The translations under genes and the position numbers were made by a program. A DNA stretch of 64,000 bases, taken from assembly GCA_963816185.1 (NCBI GenBank), contig CAWFJJ010000028.1, positions 288,001 to 352,000 on the forward strand, given 5' to 3'. This document shows positions 12,406 to 22,851 of the stretch, in pieces. The stretch comes from Thermoanaerobaculia bacterium. GTDB lineage: Bacteria; Acidobacteriota; Thermoanaerobaculia; UBA5066. The notes below the pieces were generated by a model. That model was not told the origin of the DNA. It made no database searches and saw nothing but the letters and a program-made list of their open reading frames with translations. Position 1 is the stretch's first letter. Each line of letters begins with the position of its first letter.

Positions 12406-12439
12406 TCTCAGAAAATCTTATTCTTCGTCCCATCGCCCT
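12393..12439 (+). repeat. Direct repeat copy 1 (27 bp + 14 bp identical to 17525-17574)
   Basis: cgctcttactcattctcagaaaatctt (12393-12419) and cgtcccatcgccct (12426-12439) both recur at 17525-17551 and 17561-17574. Confidence 0.9.
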
Positions 12440-12440
12440 C

Positions 12441-14000
12441 TTAGAGCCCGAGGTAGGCCTGCCGGATGCGCGGGTCGTCCAGGAGCTCGGCGGCGGACCC
12501 GGTCTGGACGACGCGGCCCGTTTCGAGGACGTAGGCTCGGTGGGCGTGCTCGAGGGCGACCTGCACGTCCTGTTCCACGAGGAGCACGGTCGTCCCCTCC
12601 TGATTGATCTGGGTGACGAGGTCGAGCAGGTGGTCCACGACGAGAGGCGCCAGCCCGAGCGACAGCTCGTCGATCAGGAGGAGACGCGGCCGGCTCATGA
12701 GCCCGCGTCCGATCGCGCACATCTGCTGCTCGCCGCCCGAAAGACGTCCCGCGAGCTGGCTCGCGCGCTCCTTGAGGCGGGGGAGCAGCGCGAAGACGCG
12801 CTCGAGATCCTGCTCGATGCGCTCGGCGTCTCGGCGCAAGTAGACGCCCTGCAGGAGGTTCTCCTTGACCGTCAACCCGGCGAACAGCCGCCGGCCCTGG
12901 GGCACCTGAATGACTCCCGCGGCGACCACGTCCTCCGGCCGGGCGGCGGTGAAGTCGCGTCCCGCGAAGCGCACGGAGCCCCCCATGGGGCGGAGAAGCC
13001 GGGAGATGGTCCAGAGAAGCGTCGTCTTGCCGGCGCCGTTCGCGCCGATCAACGCGACGATCTCCTTCGTTTTCACCTCGAGAGAGACGTCCCTGAGGAT
13101 CTGGACGTCGCCGTAGCCGGACGACAGGTTCTTCACCTCCAGGAGCGTGTCTCCCGCCGGGGCGGGGGGCGCCTTGCGGAACGTGCCCGGCTCGATGAGG
13201 GCGTCCTCGATTCCGGCGACCTCCGCGCGGCGCGCGAACCGCTCGCCGAGATAGGCCTCGATGACGGCCGGGCTCTCGACGATCTCTTTCGGATTGCCTT
13301 CGGCGATCTTGCGGCCGAAGTGCAGCACGACGAGGCGGTCCGAGATCCCCATGATGGCCTTCATGACGTGCTCGATCACGAAGAGCGTCACCCCGCTCCG
13401 ATTGATCGACAGGATGAGCTCCATCGCCTTTTCAATCTCGGACTGGTTCAGGCCCGCCATGACCTCGTCGAGGAAGAGGAGCTGGGGGTCCATGGCGAGC
13501 GCCTTGGCGAGCTCGAGGCGCTTCAGGTCGGGGATCGTCAGCTCCGTCGCCGTTCGGTTCCGCATGTCGGCGAGGCCGATGCGTTCGAGGACCTCGTCGG
13601 CCGCGCGTCGCGCCTGCGCCGCGGTGCGCCCCTTTCCGCGGGCGCCGAACATCGCGCCCGTCGCGACGTTCTCGCGCACGGTGAGCTGCCGGAGCGGCTT
13701 GACGACCTGGAACGTCCGCGCCATGCCGAGGTGCCCGATGCGATAGCTCGGCGTCTTCGTGATCTCCTGCCCGTTAAAGACGATCGTGCCCGACGTCGGC
13801 TTGTCGAGACCCGTCATGCAGTTCACGAACGTGGTCTTGCCGGCCCCGTTCGGGCCGATGACGCCGAGGATCTCGCCCTTTCGGATCGTGAGATCGATGC
13901 CATCGACGGCGGCGAGCCCGCCGAACTTCTTCGTGATCCCGCGAGCCTCGAGGATGGCGGGACCCGGGATCCGCGCGGCGGCAGTGGGAAGCGCGCTCAT
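12441..14000 (-). CDS. Branched-chain amino acid ABC ATPase, LivG-LivF fusion
   Basis: Two Walker A motifs (GPNGAGKTT, GANGAGKTT), LDEVMAGL and LSGGEQQM in one continuous frame. Confidence 0.88.
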   Translation of the reverse strand: MSALPTAAARIPGPAILEARGITKKFGGLAAVDGIDLTIRKGEILGVIGPNGAGKTTFVNCMTGLDKPTSGTIVFNGQEITKTPSYRIGHLGMARTFQVVKPLRQLTVRENVATGAMFGARGKGRTAAQARRAADEVLERIGLADMRNRTATELTIPDLKRLELAKALAMDPQLLFLDEVMAGLNQSEIEKAMELILSINRSGVTLFVIEHVMKAIMGISDRLVVLHFGRKIAEGNPKEIVESPAVIEAYLGERFARRAEVAGIEDALIEPGTFRKAPPAPAGDTLLEVKNLSSGYGDVQILRDVSLEVKTKEIVALIGANGAGKTTLLWTISRLLRPMGGSVRFAGRDFTAARPEDVVAAGVIQVPQGRRLFAGLTVKENLLQGVYLRRDAERIEQDLERVFALLPRLKERASQLAGRLSGGEQQMCAIGRGLMSRPRLLLIDELSLGLAPLVVDHLLDLVTQINQEGTTVLLVEQDVQVALEHAHRAYVLETGRVVQTGSAAELLDDPRIRQAYLGL

Positions 14001-14974
14001 CACGTCACGCGGTGCGCGCGTACGTTCGCGAGGAGGTCCGACAATCGGAACGGGCGCTCCCCACGCACGCGCTTGCGGGCGAGAACCGTCATGAGGCCGC
14101 GAGGCAGGAACACGATGAAGAGCACGATGATCAGGCCGAGAACCGTCGGATGGAGCTCGAGGAACCTGCTCCAGACGTAAGTCGAGAGAAGCTGGTAGAC
14201 CGCAGCGCCCAGGACGGGGCCGAGAACCGTTCCGGCGCCGCCGATGATCGTCGCGATGATCATCTGGAGCGTGTAATCGATCTTGAAGAAGTCGCCCGCC
14301 GTCACGTGGATGTTTTGGTACGCGGTCAGGCCGCCGGCGAGGGATGCGAAGACCGCCGAGAGCGCGTACGCGGCGACCTTGAAGAGGGTCGTATTGATCC
14401 CGAGCATGCGCGCAGCGTCCTGGTCCTCCCGGATGGCCACGCATCCGTTCCCGAGCTTGGAGCGGGAGAAGGCCCACGTGAGGACGAGGCCGCCGATCAC
14501 GAGCGCGAGCGCCGTGTAGTAGAAGAACACGCCTTCGGTCTTGAGGGGCAGGTCGATGCCCGTCGATCCCTCCGTCACGCTGTCCCAGGTGTCGGCGACC
14601 TGGGACAGGGCTTCGGCCACGCCGAGCGTCGCGATGGCGAAGTAGTGCCCCTTCAGGCGCAGGATGGGGAGCCCGAGGAGGATCGCGACGAGCGCCGAAA
14701 GGAGCGCGCCCGCGGCGAGCGCGGGGAAGAACGGGACGTGCCACTTCCCGATCATCAGGAGCCCCGTCGTGTAGGCGCCGATCCCGAAATACGCCACGTT
14801 GCCGAACGCCGCGTACCCCGTGTATCCCCCGATGAAATTCCAGCCCTGTGCCATGAGCGCGAGGACGAGGAAGCGCGTGTACGTCAGGAGCTTGTAGCTC
14901 GAGACGAGCTTCGGCAGGGCGACGAGGAGCGCCAGGAGGAGGACGAAGGCCGCGACCGCTACGCCTCTCTTCAA
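14000..14974 (-). CDS. livM: Branched-chain amino acid ABC permease (LivM-like)
   Basis: GYTGYAAFG, LRLKGHYFAIATL, AIREDQDAA, IIGGAGTVLGP; TTG start overlaps the livH stop. Confidence 0.85.
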   Translation of the reverse strand: MKRGVAVAAFVLLLALLVALPKLVSSYKLLTYTRFLVLALMAQGWNFIGGYTGYAAFGNVAYFGIGAYTTGLLMIGKWHVPFFPALAAGALLSALVAILLGLPILRLKGHYFAIATLGVAEALSQVADTWDSVTEGSTGIDLPLKTEGVFFYYTALALVIGGLVLTWAFSRSKLGNGCVAIREDQDAARMLGINTTLFKVAAYALSAVFASLAGGLTAYQNIHVTAGDFFKIDYTLQMIIATIIGGAGTVLGPVLGAAVYQLLSTYVWSRFLELHPTVLGLIIVLFIVFLPRGLMTVLARKRVRGERPFRLSDLLANVRAHRVT

Positions 14975-15838
14975 ACGCTCTTTCCGGCGATGCCTTGCGG
15001 GCGCAGGATGAGAAGAAGCACGAGGATTCCGAACGTCACGGCGCGCGACAGCGAAGGCAGGCGGGCCCCGACGAAGACGTCCACGAACGCGAAGATCGCG
15101 GCTCCGATGACGACGTTCGCGACGTTCCCGAGGCCCCCGAGGACGCAGATCGCGAAGGCTCTCTGGGTATAGGTCCCGCCGAGCGTAGGGTCGAACGGGC
15201 ACGATCATGGAGAGGAGCGACCCGGCGGCGCCCGCCATGGCGGCGCCGATCGCGAACGTCGCGGCGTAGATGGTGGCGACCTTCACGCCCGTCAGGCGCG
15301 CGGCGTCGAGGTCCATTCCGGTCGCGCGGATCGCGCGGCCCGTGCGCGTGGCCTTCAGGTACCAGGCGAGGCCCGCGACGAGGACGAGGGACACCGCGAG
15401 CGCGCCGAGGCGGATGTAGGGAACGCGCACCGGCCCGAGCGTGAAGCCCGTCCCGCTGTAGGAGGTCGTGACGGAGCGCAAGTCGGCCTTGAAGAAGAAG
15501 TTGATGAGGTTGACGATCAGGAGCTCGAGCCCGAAGGTCAGGAGGAACGTCGCGAGAAGCGGCGCCCGGATGATCTCGTTGATGAGCCTGCGCTGGATGC
15601 CCCAGCCCAGCGCGAACAGCGCGAGCATCGCGACGGGGATGGACAGGAACGGGTCGATTCCGAAGAGCTCGTGCAGAAAGAACGTGATGTACGCGCCGAG
15701 CACGATGAACGCCCCGTGTGCGAGGTTCACGATGTTCATGATTCCCCAGACGAGCGAGAACCCCAGCGCGACGAGCGCCAGGATTCCGCTCAGGAGAACG
15801 GCGTTGACGAAGATCTGGCCGAGCTCGGCCCCTCCCAC
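14971..15838 (-). CDS. livH: Branched-chain amino acid ABC permease (LivH-like; one frameshift near 15190)
   Basis: ALGFSLVWGIMNIVNLAHG, TRTGRAIRA, then shifted AFAICVLGGLGN and RPQGIAG. Confidence 0.85.
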
Positions 15839-15842
15839 GCGC

Positions 15843-17063
15843 CTACTTCCGCTTGTCCCACGCCGGCATCGGGTAGAGGGCGTCCTTTTCGGCGACGGAC
15901 GACGGGAAGACGGTGTATTTGCGGCCGTCCGGCTGGAGCTGTTCGATCGCCATCGGCTTGAACGTGTTGATGCCGCGGCTGTCGAACTTGATCCGGCCGT
16001 AGAACGTCATGATGTCGAGGGCGGCGATCGCGTCGCGGACCTTCGCGGGGTCGAGCGTGCCCGCGTTCTCGATCGCCCGGCAGAACGCGATGACGGCGGC
16101 CGAGGACTCGGCGATCTGGTAGGGGATGTCGTGGAACGCCGGATTCTTGGCCCGGAAGGCATCCGCATAGCCCTTCGGCGTCTTCCACGGGTCGGTGCCG
16201 TTGTACTTGAGAGCCTCGGTCCACTGAGTGGCGCCGAAGATGTAGTCGGCGTTCTTCTTCAGGTTCGCGCGAAACTCCGGCGAGGACGGCCCGACCGAGA
16301 AGCCCATCGCCTTCGGCGAGACGCCGAGGTCCTTCGCCTGCTTCACGATGAGGAGCGAGTCCTGCAGGTGCCCGGCGCCGAGGACGATATCCGGGTTCTT
16401 GCCTTTGATCTCCGTCAGCAACGCGCTCACGTCCTGCGTGAGTGTCGGGTAGAGCTCCTGGTAGACGACCTTGAGGCCCTTCTCTCGCGCGTAGTCCGCG
16501 GCGCCGCCCGCGACCTCCTTCGAAAACGGCTCGTTCTCGCCGAGCACCGCCACGGTCTTGACGCTCTTGTCCTTCGACATCACGAGGTCGATGAGACCCT
16601 TGAGGTAGAGCTTGGCGGGGGAGAGCACCGCGAACGTGTACCTGTAGCCCTTGCTGAAGATCGACTCGGCCGAACCGTTCGCCTCGATCATCGGGATCCT
16701 GTACTTCTCGCAGATCGGCGCGGCCGTGCCCGAGGGCGCCGAACCGTACGGGCCGAGAATGAAGGTGACCTTGTCCTCGTTGATCAGCTTCTCGATGAGC
16801 TGGGCCGTGCTCTCGGACTTGGACTCGTCGTCGTAGTACTTCACGGCGATCTTGTACTTCTTCCCGCCCACGGCGATGCCGCCCTCGGCGTTGATGGTCC
16901 CGACGGCGAAGTCGTAGCCGTCGCGCGTGTATTCGCCCTCCTTGGCGGTCTTCCCGGTGAGCGAAACGGCGGCTCCGAACGTGATGGTGTCCTCGGCGAA
17001 CGCGGGAAACGTCCCGAACGCGAGTACGAATGCGGGCAAGGCGACCAGCGCGGTACGCTTCAT
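15843..17063 (-). CDS. Amino acid ABC substrate-binding protein (LivJ/K family)
   Basis: Signal peptide, SLTGK, INAEGG, LGPYGS, FYGRIKFD. Confidence 0.88.
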   Translation of the reverse strand: MKRTALVALPAFVLAFGTFPAFAEDTITFGAAVSLTGKTAKEGEYTRDGYDFAVGTINAEGGIAVGGKKYKIAVKYYDDESKSESTAQLIEKLINEDKVTFILGPYGSAPSGTAAPICEKYRIPMIEANGSAESIFSKGYRYTFAVLSPAKLYLKGLIDLVMSKDKSVKTVAVLGENEPFSKEVAGGAADYAREKGLKVVYQELYPTLTQDVSALLTEIKGKNPDIVLGAGHLQDSLLIVKQAKDLGVSPKAMGFSVGPSSPEFRANLKKNADYIFGATQWTEALKYNGTDPWKTPKGYADAFRAKNPAFHDIPYQIAESSAAVIAFCRAIENAGTLDPAKVRDAIAALDIMTFYGRIKFDSRGINTFKPMAIEQLQPDGRKYTVFPSSVAEKDALYPMPAWDKRK

Positions 17064-17143
17064 GGGATGCCTCCTGTGACCATCGTCCTCAAGTGTGTGC
17101 GCGAACTATACCCGAGGGACCTTTACGCCAGGAGATGGCGGTC

Positions 17144-17647
17144 GTGACGGACAGGCGGCGGTTCGTCGGCGTGTGGGAGCTGGAGGGAATAGAAGAAGGA
17201 GATTTCTTAGAAAGTAAGAGGGGAACGCCGGAGATCGGAGGAACTGGAGATTTCTTAGAAGGGAAGAGGGGGCCCGTCCCGGGTTTCGAGCGGCCGGTGG
17301 GGCTGCTGATCTACCTCGCGTCGGGCTTCATGTCGGTCAATTTCGCGGGGACGTCGCGCGTCCCCTTTCTAAGAGAATTCTCCCCGTCCCCCTCGGAGCT
17401 CGCTGCGGCCGGAGCGGCGTACGGCGGGTACGCGGGGCGGTGGGAGCTGGAGAGAGGCGCCCCGGTGGTCGTCCACTTGCCGGAAGTCTCCTTCGTGCCG
17501 AACCGCGTCGGTGCGCGCCTTCGGCGCTCTTACTCATTCTCAGAAAATCTTCTTTCCCTCCGTCCCATCGCCCTTTCGCCCGGCGAGGCGACCCCCGATC
17601 GTGTCCTGAGATGGCGCCGGTGCGTGGCGAGGAAGCTCGGAACGTAG
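17144..17647 (+). CDS. Lipocalin-like domain protein (alternative ATG at 17135)
   Basis: FVGVWEL, PVGLLIY..SGFMSV, YGGYAGRWE, VVH, terminal L.WRR pattern; carries four copies of the TTCTNAGAA-type motif. Confidence 0.7.
   Translation: MTDRRRFVGVWELEGIEEGDFLESKRGTPEIGGTGDFLEGKRGPVPGFERPVGLLIYLASGFMSVNFAGTSRVPFLREFSPSPSELAAAGAAYGGYAGRWELERGAPVVVHLPEVSFVPNRVGARLRRSYSFSENLLSLRPIALSPGEATPDRVLRWRRCVARKLGT
17198..17270 (+). repeat. Duplicated 15-mer ggagatttcttagaa, 48 bp apart, in frame
   Basis: Copies at 17198-17212 and 17246-17260, encoding GDFLESKRG and GDFLEGKRG. Confidence 0.9.
17525..17574 (+). repeat. Direct repeat copy 2 (see 12393-12439)
   Basis: Exact 27-bp and 14-bp blocks shared with copy 1. 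Confidence 0.9.
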
Positions 17648-17659
17648 CCGGGAGCGCCC

Positions 17660-18112
17660 TCAGGTCCGGTCGATCGCGTCGAGGATCGCCCGGGCGACCT
17701 CCTCGACGGCCTCGCCGACGGCGGGGGTGACGTCGTCTCCGGGGTCGACGTGCTCGGCCTCGATGCCGTAGACGGTGAGGGAGACCGGCAGCCGCCCGAG
17801 AGCGCGCGCGGTCTCGATTCCCTCGGCGACCCCGGGCGAGTGGGAGGAGATCCAGCCCGCGTCGCAGGGCACCGGACCCTCCGTCGCCTCGAAGCGAAAG
17901 ATCGTGCCGGGTGCGTGGCCGGAGACAGAGCGCGTCGACGACGACGACGTGGTCGAGGGCCGCCAGCGCTCCATCAGGGAGAGCCCGTCTCCGCAGTGTG
18001 CTCGACGGTGCGGACTCGCGAGGAGCCTCGCAGTCGGCGGGCCGCGAGGAGGCCCGCGGCGTCGTCGCCACGGAAGTCGTTCCCGACGCCGATGACGAGC
18101 GAGCGGCGCCAC
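17660..18112 (-). CDS. Hydrogenase maturation protease (frameshifted)
   Basis: LVIGVGNDFRGDDAAG, VVVDA, ALGRLP...VYGIE. Confidence 0.85.
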   Translation of the reverse strand: MAPLARHRRRERLPWRRRRGPPRGPPTARLLASPHRRAHCGDGLSLMERWRPSTTSSSSTRSVSGHAPGTIFRFEATEGPVPCDAGWISSHSPGVAEGIETARALGRLPVSLTVYGIEAEHVDPGDDVTPAVGEAVEEVARAILDAIDRT

Positions 18113-18113
18113 G

Positions 18114-19427
18114 TCAGTCCCTCTCGATCCGGAGCTTCAAGGAAGTGCGTGGCGCAGGAGATGCACGGGTCGTGGTTGCGGACGACCTGCTCGCACAGCC
18201 AGCGTGAGCCGCTCCTGCGGCGAGGTCGAGGTGGGCCTCGCACGAATCGCGCCCAGGTCGGCCTCGATCGCCCGCAGGTTCTGGGCCGTCGGGCGGGACG
18301 ATCCGCGCGTCCTCGGATGAGCCCGTCCGCGCCGATCCGGTAGCGATGGTAGAGGAGCCCGCGCGGCGCCTCGGTGGCGGCGGCTCCCGTCGCGGCGCGC
18401 GGCGCCACCTCGACGAAGGACGGCTCGGGGGGCTCGTACGATCGCGAGGATCCGCAGGGCTTCGTCGACGGCGTAGAGCGTCTCGATCGCAGCGGACGAG
18501 GATGCTTCTGAAGGGATTCCGGCACGACGGTCCCGAGCCCCGCTTCCTTCGCGGCGGCCTGGATCGGCGCGGGCAGGCGGTCGAAGTTCAGGCTGTAGCG
18601 GGCGAGCGGACCGACCTGGATGATGCCGCCGCCCTTGCGCCGGCGAGTGGAGCGCGTTCGAGCGCTGGACGTGCTCTTCCTCGAAGTGCTTCTCGTAGTC
18701 CGCGGCGGGGATGTCGAGGCCCTCGCTCGAGACGATCCGCCCCTCGTTCATGGGGTACTCGAGACGGGTGCCGGAGCGAGACGAACTCGTGGTCGGAGGT
18801 CGAGGTCGGGGAAGTCGAAGCCCGAGGCCCAGCGCAGGAGCTCGACCGCCTCGCCGCGCGCCCTTTCGAGCTCTCGGCACGAGCGGAGCCAGCTCCGCGG
18901 CCGACGGCGCGCGGTAGAAGCCGCCGACGCGGACGTTCACGGGGTGGATCTCGCGCCCGCCGACGGCGGTCACGATCTCGTTGCCGGCCTTCTTCAGCGC
19001 GAAGGCTCGAGCGTGACGAGCCTCGGGGTGATCCTTCGCCATGTGGAGAGCGCTCTCGTAGCCGAGGAAGTCGGGCGCGTGGAGCATCGCGACGTGCAGG
19101 ACGTGGCTCTCGATCCACTCGCCGCAGTAGAGGAGCCGGCGCAGCTGCGCGGATGCGCGGCCCGACGTCAGCGCCGCAAGCCGCCTCCATCGCATGGACC
19201 GAGCTCATCTGGTACGCGACGGGGCAGATCCCGCAGATGCGCGCCGTGAGATCGGGAGCCTCGCCGAACGCGCGACCGCGCAGGAAGGCCTCGAAGAAGC
19301 GCGGCGGCTCGTAGATGTCGAGCTCGCACCTCCTGCGACCTTACCCGCGCGGACGCGCACCTTGAGCGCCGCCCTCGCCTTCGACGCGCGCGAGCGCGCT
19401 CACCGTGATCGTCCGGACCTCACTCAT
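18114..19427 (-). CDS. Group 3b NiFe hydrogenase large (alpha) subunit (frameshifted)
   Basis: [19 protein letters not shown] (L1), [21 protein letters not shown] (L2) followed by a short C-terminal extension. Confidence 0.9.
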
Positions 19428-20204
19428 GGAGCTCGCTCTCCTTCCGGAAAGCCTCGGCGCACGCGTTGAACGATCGGAACGCCCGGCCGATATACGGCCG
19501 GAGAGACGCCAAGCCCGCTCCAGAGCGCGGCGAGCGACGCGGTGTTCGGCGATCTCCATCGGCCCGAAGCACGCGTAGCAGCCGCGGGCGATACGACGGG
19601 GCAGAGCGCGCCGCACCCCGCCTGCGTGACCGGTCCGAGGCACGGCGTGCCGCGGGCCACCATGACGCAGGGAGTGCCCTCCCGCTTGCACTCGAGGCAG
19701 ACGCTCGACGCCGGCGTCACGGGCTTGCGGCCCGACGAGGAAGGCGCTCAGCGACCTCGAGGAGCTGCTCCTTGCGGATCGGGCAACCGCGCAGCTCGAA
19801 GTCGACGAAGACGTGGTCGCGGATGGGAGTGGACTTGCCGAGCACCTCGAGATACTGCGGCGAGGCGTAGACCGCCCGGGCGAACTCCGCCACGTACGGC
19901 GAAGTTGCGAAGGGCCTGGATCCCTCCGGCCGTCGCGCACGCGCCGATCGTGACGAGGAACCGCGGCACGCCGCCGGATGCGGTGGATCCGCTCGGCGTC
20001 GTGCGGCGTCGTGATGGAGCCCTCGACGAGGACGAGGTCCCACGGGCCCCTTCCCGACGGCGCGGGAGGCCTCGAGGAAGTTGTCGATCGAAGACGGCGC
20101 CGGCGACGGCGAGGAGCTCGTCCTCGCAGTCGAGGAGAGAGAGCTGGCAGCCGTCGCAGGACGCGAACTTGAAGACGGCGAGCTTAGGCTTCTGCGTCCG
20201 CCAT
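19424..20204 (-). CDS. Group 3b hydrogenase small (delta) subunit (frameshifted)
   Basis: [58 protein letters not shown]. Confidence 0.88.
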
Positions 20205-21042
20205 TCAAAGCTCCCGCCGGGACATGAGGTCCCAGACGTCGGCGCAGGGGAAGACCGGACCGTCCCGGCAGACGAACTTCGGCCCGCACTGGCAGTGCCC
20301 GCACAGGCCGACGCCGCACTTCATGTTCCGCTCGAGGGAGAGCCACACCTGTCGCGGCGGGCACCCCGCGGCGCTCCAGCTCCAGGACGGTGAACCGCAT
20401 CATCGTCTCGGGGCCGCAGACCATCGCGACCGTGTTGTGCGGGTCGAACGGAACGCGCGGGATGAGCGTCGTGACGACGCCGACGTTCCCGCGCCAGGCG
20501 CTCGTCGCGCGGTCGACCGTGACGTGGACGTCGAGGTCGAAATCTCCTCGCCAGAGGTGGAGCCGCCGGCGGTAGAGGATGTCGTCCGGCGTGCGCGCCC
20601 GTAGAGGAGAACGACACGGCCGTAACGATCGCGATGCGAGAGGATCTCGCAGAGAGCCGGGCGAAGCGGCGCGAGTCCGATGCCGCCCGCCACGACGACG
20701 ACGTCGCGGCCGGCCGCCTCCTCGACCGGCCAGGTCGTTCCGAAAGGACCACGGACTCCGATCGCGTCGCCGCGCTTCAGGGCTGCCCATCCCGCGCGTC
20801 ACGGCGCCGACGACGCGCGTCGTGTGGACGAGGCTCCGCGGGAATCGCCGGATCGCCGCTGATCGAGATCGGGACCTCGCCGATGCCGAAGACGTAGAGC
20901 ATGTTGAACTGGCCCGGGCCGAACGCGGAACGCCGCCGCCGCCCCTGGGGCGGAGCTCGAGCGTGAACGTGTCGGCCGTCTCGCGCTGTTTCCGCTCGAC
21001 GACGAAGGGGACCGGCAGCATCGGGTCGGGCGCCGCCCTCAC
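20205..21042 (-). CDS. Group 3b hydrogenase gamma subunit (FAD/NAD(P)-binding, 2Fe-2S; frameshifted)
   Basis: [48 protein letters not shown]. Confidence 0.88.
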
Positions 21043-21561
21043 AGCGGCGGCCGCTCCGGACGCGCCTCGACGGCCTGCGTCACCGGTGTCTCCGGGCCGG
21101 CTCGGCGGCGTAGAGATCGAGGAGCTGCAGGCGAGTGGCGTCGAGGCGCTGCCCGACGATGTCGGCGAAGCGCTTCAGGAGCTCGTAGCCGAGGTCGTGG
21201 TCCTCCTCGCACTTCTCGCCGAAGGCACCGCGCCATCGAGGGTGAACGCGCGCGTCGAGGTCCTTGGCCAGAGCGCGTGAAGCGCCACCGGTAGGGAGGG
21301 ATGAGCCACGACCATCCGAGGATGTCGCCGTCCGTCACGGTTTGGATCGTGACGGGCCCGTGGGGCGGAGCGCCGACCTCGACGGCGACTCTCCCGTGCC
21401 GCAGGATGAAGAACTGGTTCGCCTCTTCGCCCTCGCGGAAGAGGAACCTGGCCCGGCTCGAAGCGCTCGTTCTTCGCGCAGCCGGCGACGGTCGCGATCT
21501 GGGAGGGCGACAGGTCCTTGAGGAAGGGGTGTTCGGCGAGCAGGGGGTAGAGGGTTTCCAT
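21039..21561 (-). CDS. Cyclic nucleotide-binding domain protein inside the hydrogenase operon (frameshifted)
   Basis: [41 protein letters not shown]. Confidence 0.82.
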
Positions 21562-21573
21562 CGGTCTCCTCCG

Positions 21574-22734
21574 TCAGGCGGCCGGCGCGCGCCGGTCCTC
21601 CTGGAGTACCGCGGGCCTCTTCCGTGAGGTCGATTCCCGCCGGGCACCACGTGATGCAGCGGCCGCAGCCGACGCAGCCGGTCTCGCCGAACTGGTCGAC
21701 CCATGTGCCGAGCTTGTGCGTCATCCATTGGCGGTAGCGCGCGGAGACGCTCCTTCGGATGCTGCCGCCGTGGATGTAGGAGAAGTCGAGCGTGTGGCAC
21801 GAGTCCCACCGCCGCCAGCGTTCCGCGGACTCGCCCGGCGAGGTCCGAGAAGCGTCCTCGACGGTCGTGCAGAAGCACGTGGGGCACACCATCGTGCAGT
21901 TCGCGCAGGAGAGGCACCGGCTCGCGATCTCCTCCCACCGCGGGCTCTCGGCGCTGCGCCTCGAGGAGCTCCTTCAGGTCCGGTGACCTCGAGCGTGCGC
22001 CCCATCGCGCTTTCGGCCTTTCGCGTCGCGGCGTGGGCGGCCGCGAGGTCCTCCGGGCAGGGCCGGGCGGGAGTCGATCCGCGCGAGGAGCGCTCCTCCG
22101 CGCGCCGATGCCGACCTCCACGAGGAATTCGTGACGGCCCTCGGCGAGGAGCTCCGTGAGTGCGAGATCGAACCCCGCGTGCGCGCGCGGTCCGGTCCCG
22201 AGGGAGGCGCAGAAGCACGTGACCTCGGCCTCGCCGCACTGGACGACGACGATCAGGGCCGCCTCGCGCCGGGCGCGATACGCGGAGTCGACGTAGGCAC
22301 CGCCGAGGAAGACGCGGTCCTGGCGCGCGATGGCGGCGAGATCGCACGGCCGGACGCCGAGGAAGGCGAGCGGGGCGCGAGTCCGCCGTGTCCCGCTCCA
22401 CACGAAGGGTCCGCTTCTCCGCGCGAGGCGCCGAAGAGGCGTAGCGAGGCGGGAGAAGAGGAACCGCTTCCACGCGTGAGGGCCGACCGTGTATCCGAAG
22501 AGAGCGCCGTCGCCGCGCGCCCTGAGCCGGTAGCGTCCGTTAGACTGTTCCTGCCCGACTCCGGCCGGAAGCTGGGCCGCGGAGGCGATCTCGTCGTAGA
22601 CGATCGCTCCGTCCCTCACCGTCGGCCCGAGAACGCGATAACCCGATTCGAGAATGGCGTCGAGCAGGGCGGAAAGCTCGTTCCGCCGCGATCACGTGGG
22701 GCAAGGCGCGGGACGCCTCCTCGGAGGCTTTCAT
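21574..22734 (-). CDS. Group 3b hydrogenase beta subunit (4Fe-4S; frameshifted)
   Basis: [56 protein letters not shown]. Confidence 0.88.
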
Positions 22735-22851
22735 TCAAGACCTCTCTCTAAAGAGATGGGGCGGCTCACGTACCGAGTGTCAAGGGAGCAAGACGGCTCA
22801 TGGCCGCCGCTCCGCGGTTCTATGATCGAAGCGGGCCTCGGGAGGACTTGA

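Noticed and set aside
14000-15838. Apparent LivH-LivM fusion of 612 aa
   Set aside because: Produced by one frameshift near 15190; livH has its own stop at 14971 and livM a TTG start
12336-17147. Long plus-strand ORFs 12336-14180 and 15468-17147 (similarly 23184-24839, 28575-30008, 50669-52330)
   Set aside because: Antisense shadows of well-supported genes, expected at high GC
17198-17270. Mini CRISPR array
   Set aside because: Only two 15-bp copies, in frame within a gene, and no cas genes
18114-18200. Selenocysteine (NiFeSe) hydrogenase
   Set aside because: L2 motif reads DPCISCATH with ordinary Cys codons
17660-22734. Pseudogenisation or programmed frameshifting of the hydrogenase (also 1-11 kb and 52.5-61.5 kb)
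   Set aside because: Scattered single-base indels with catalytic motifs intact fit long-read error better; cannot be fully excluded without reads
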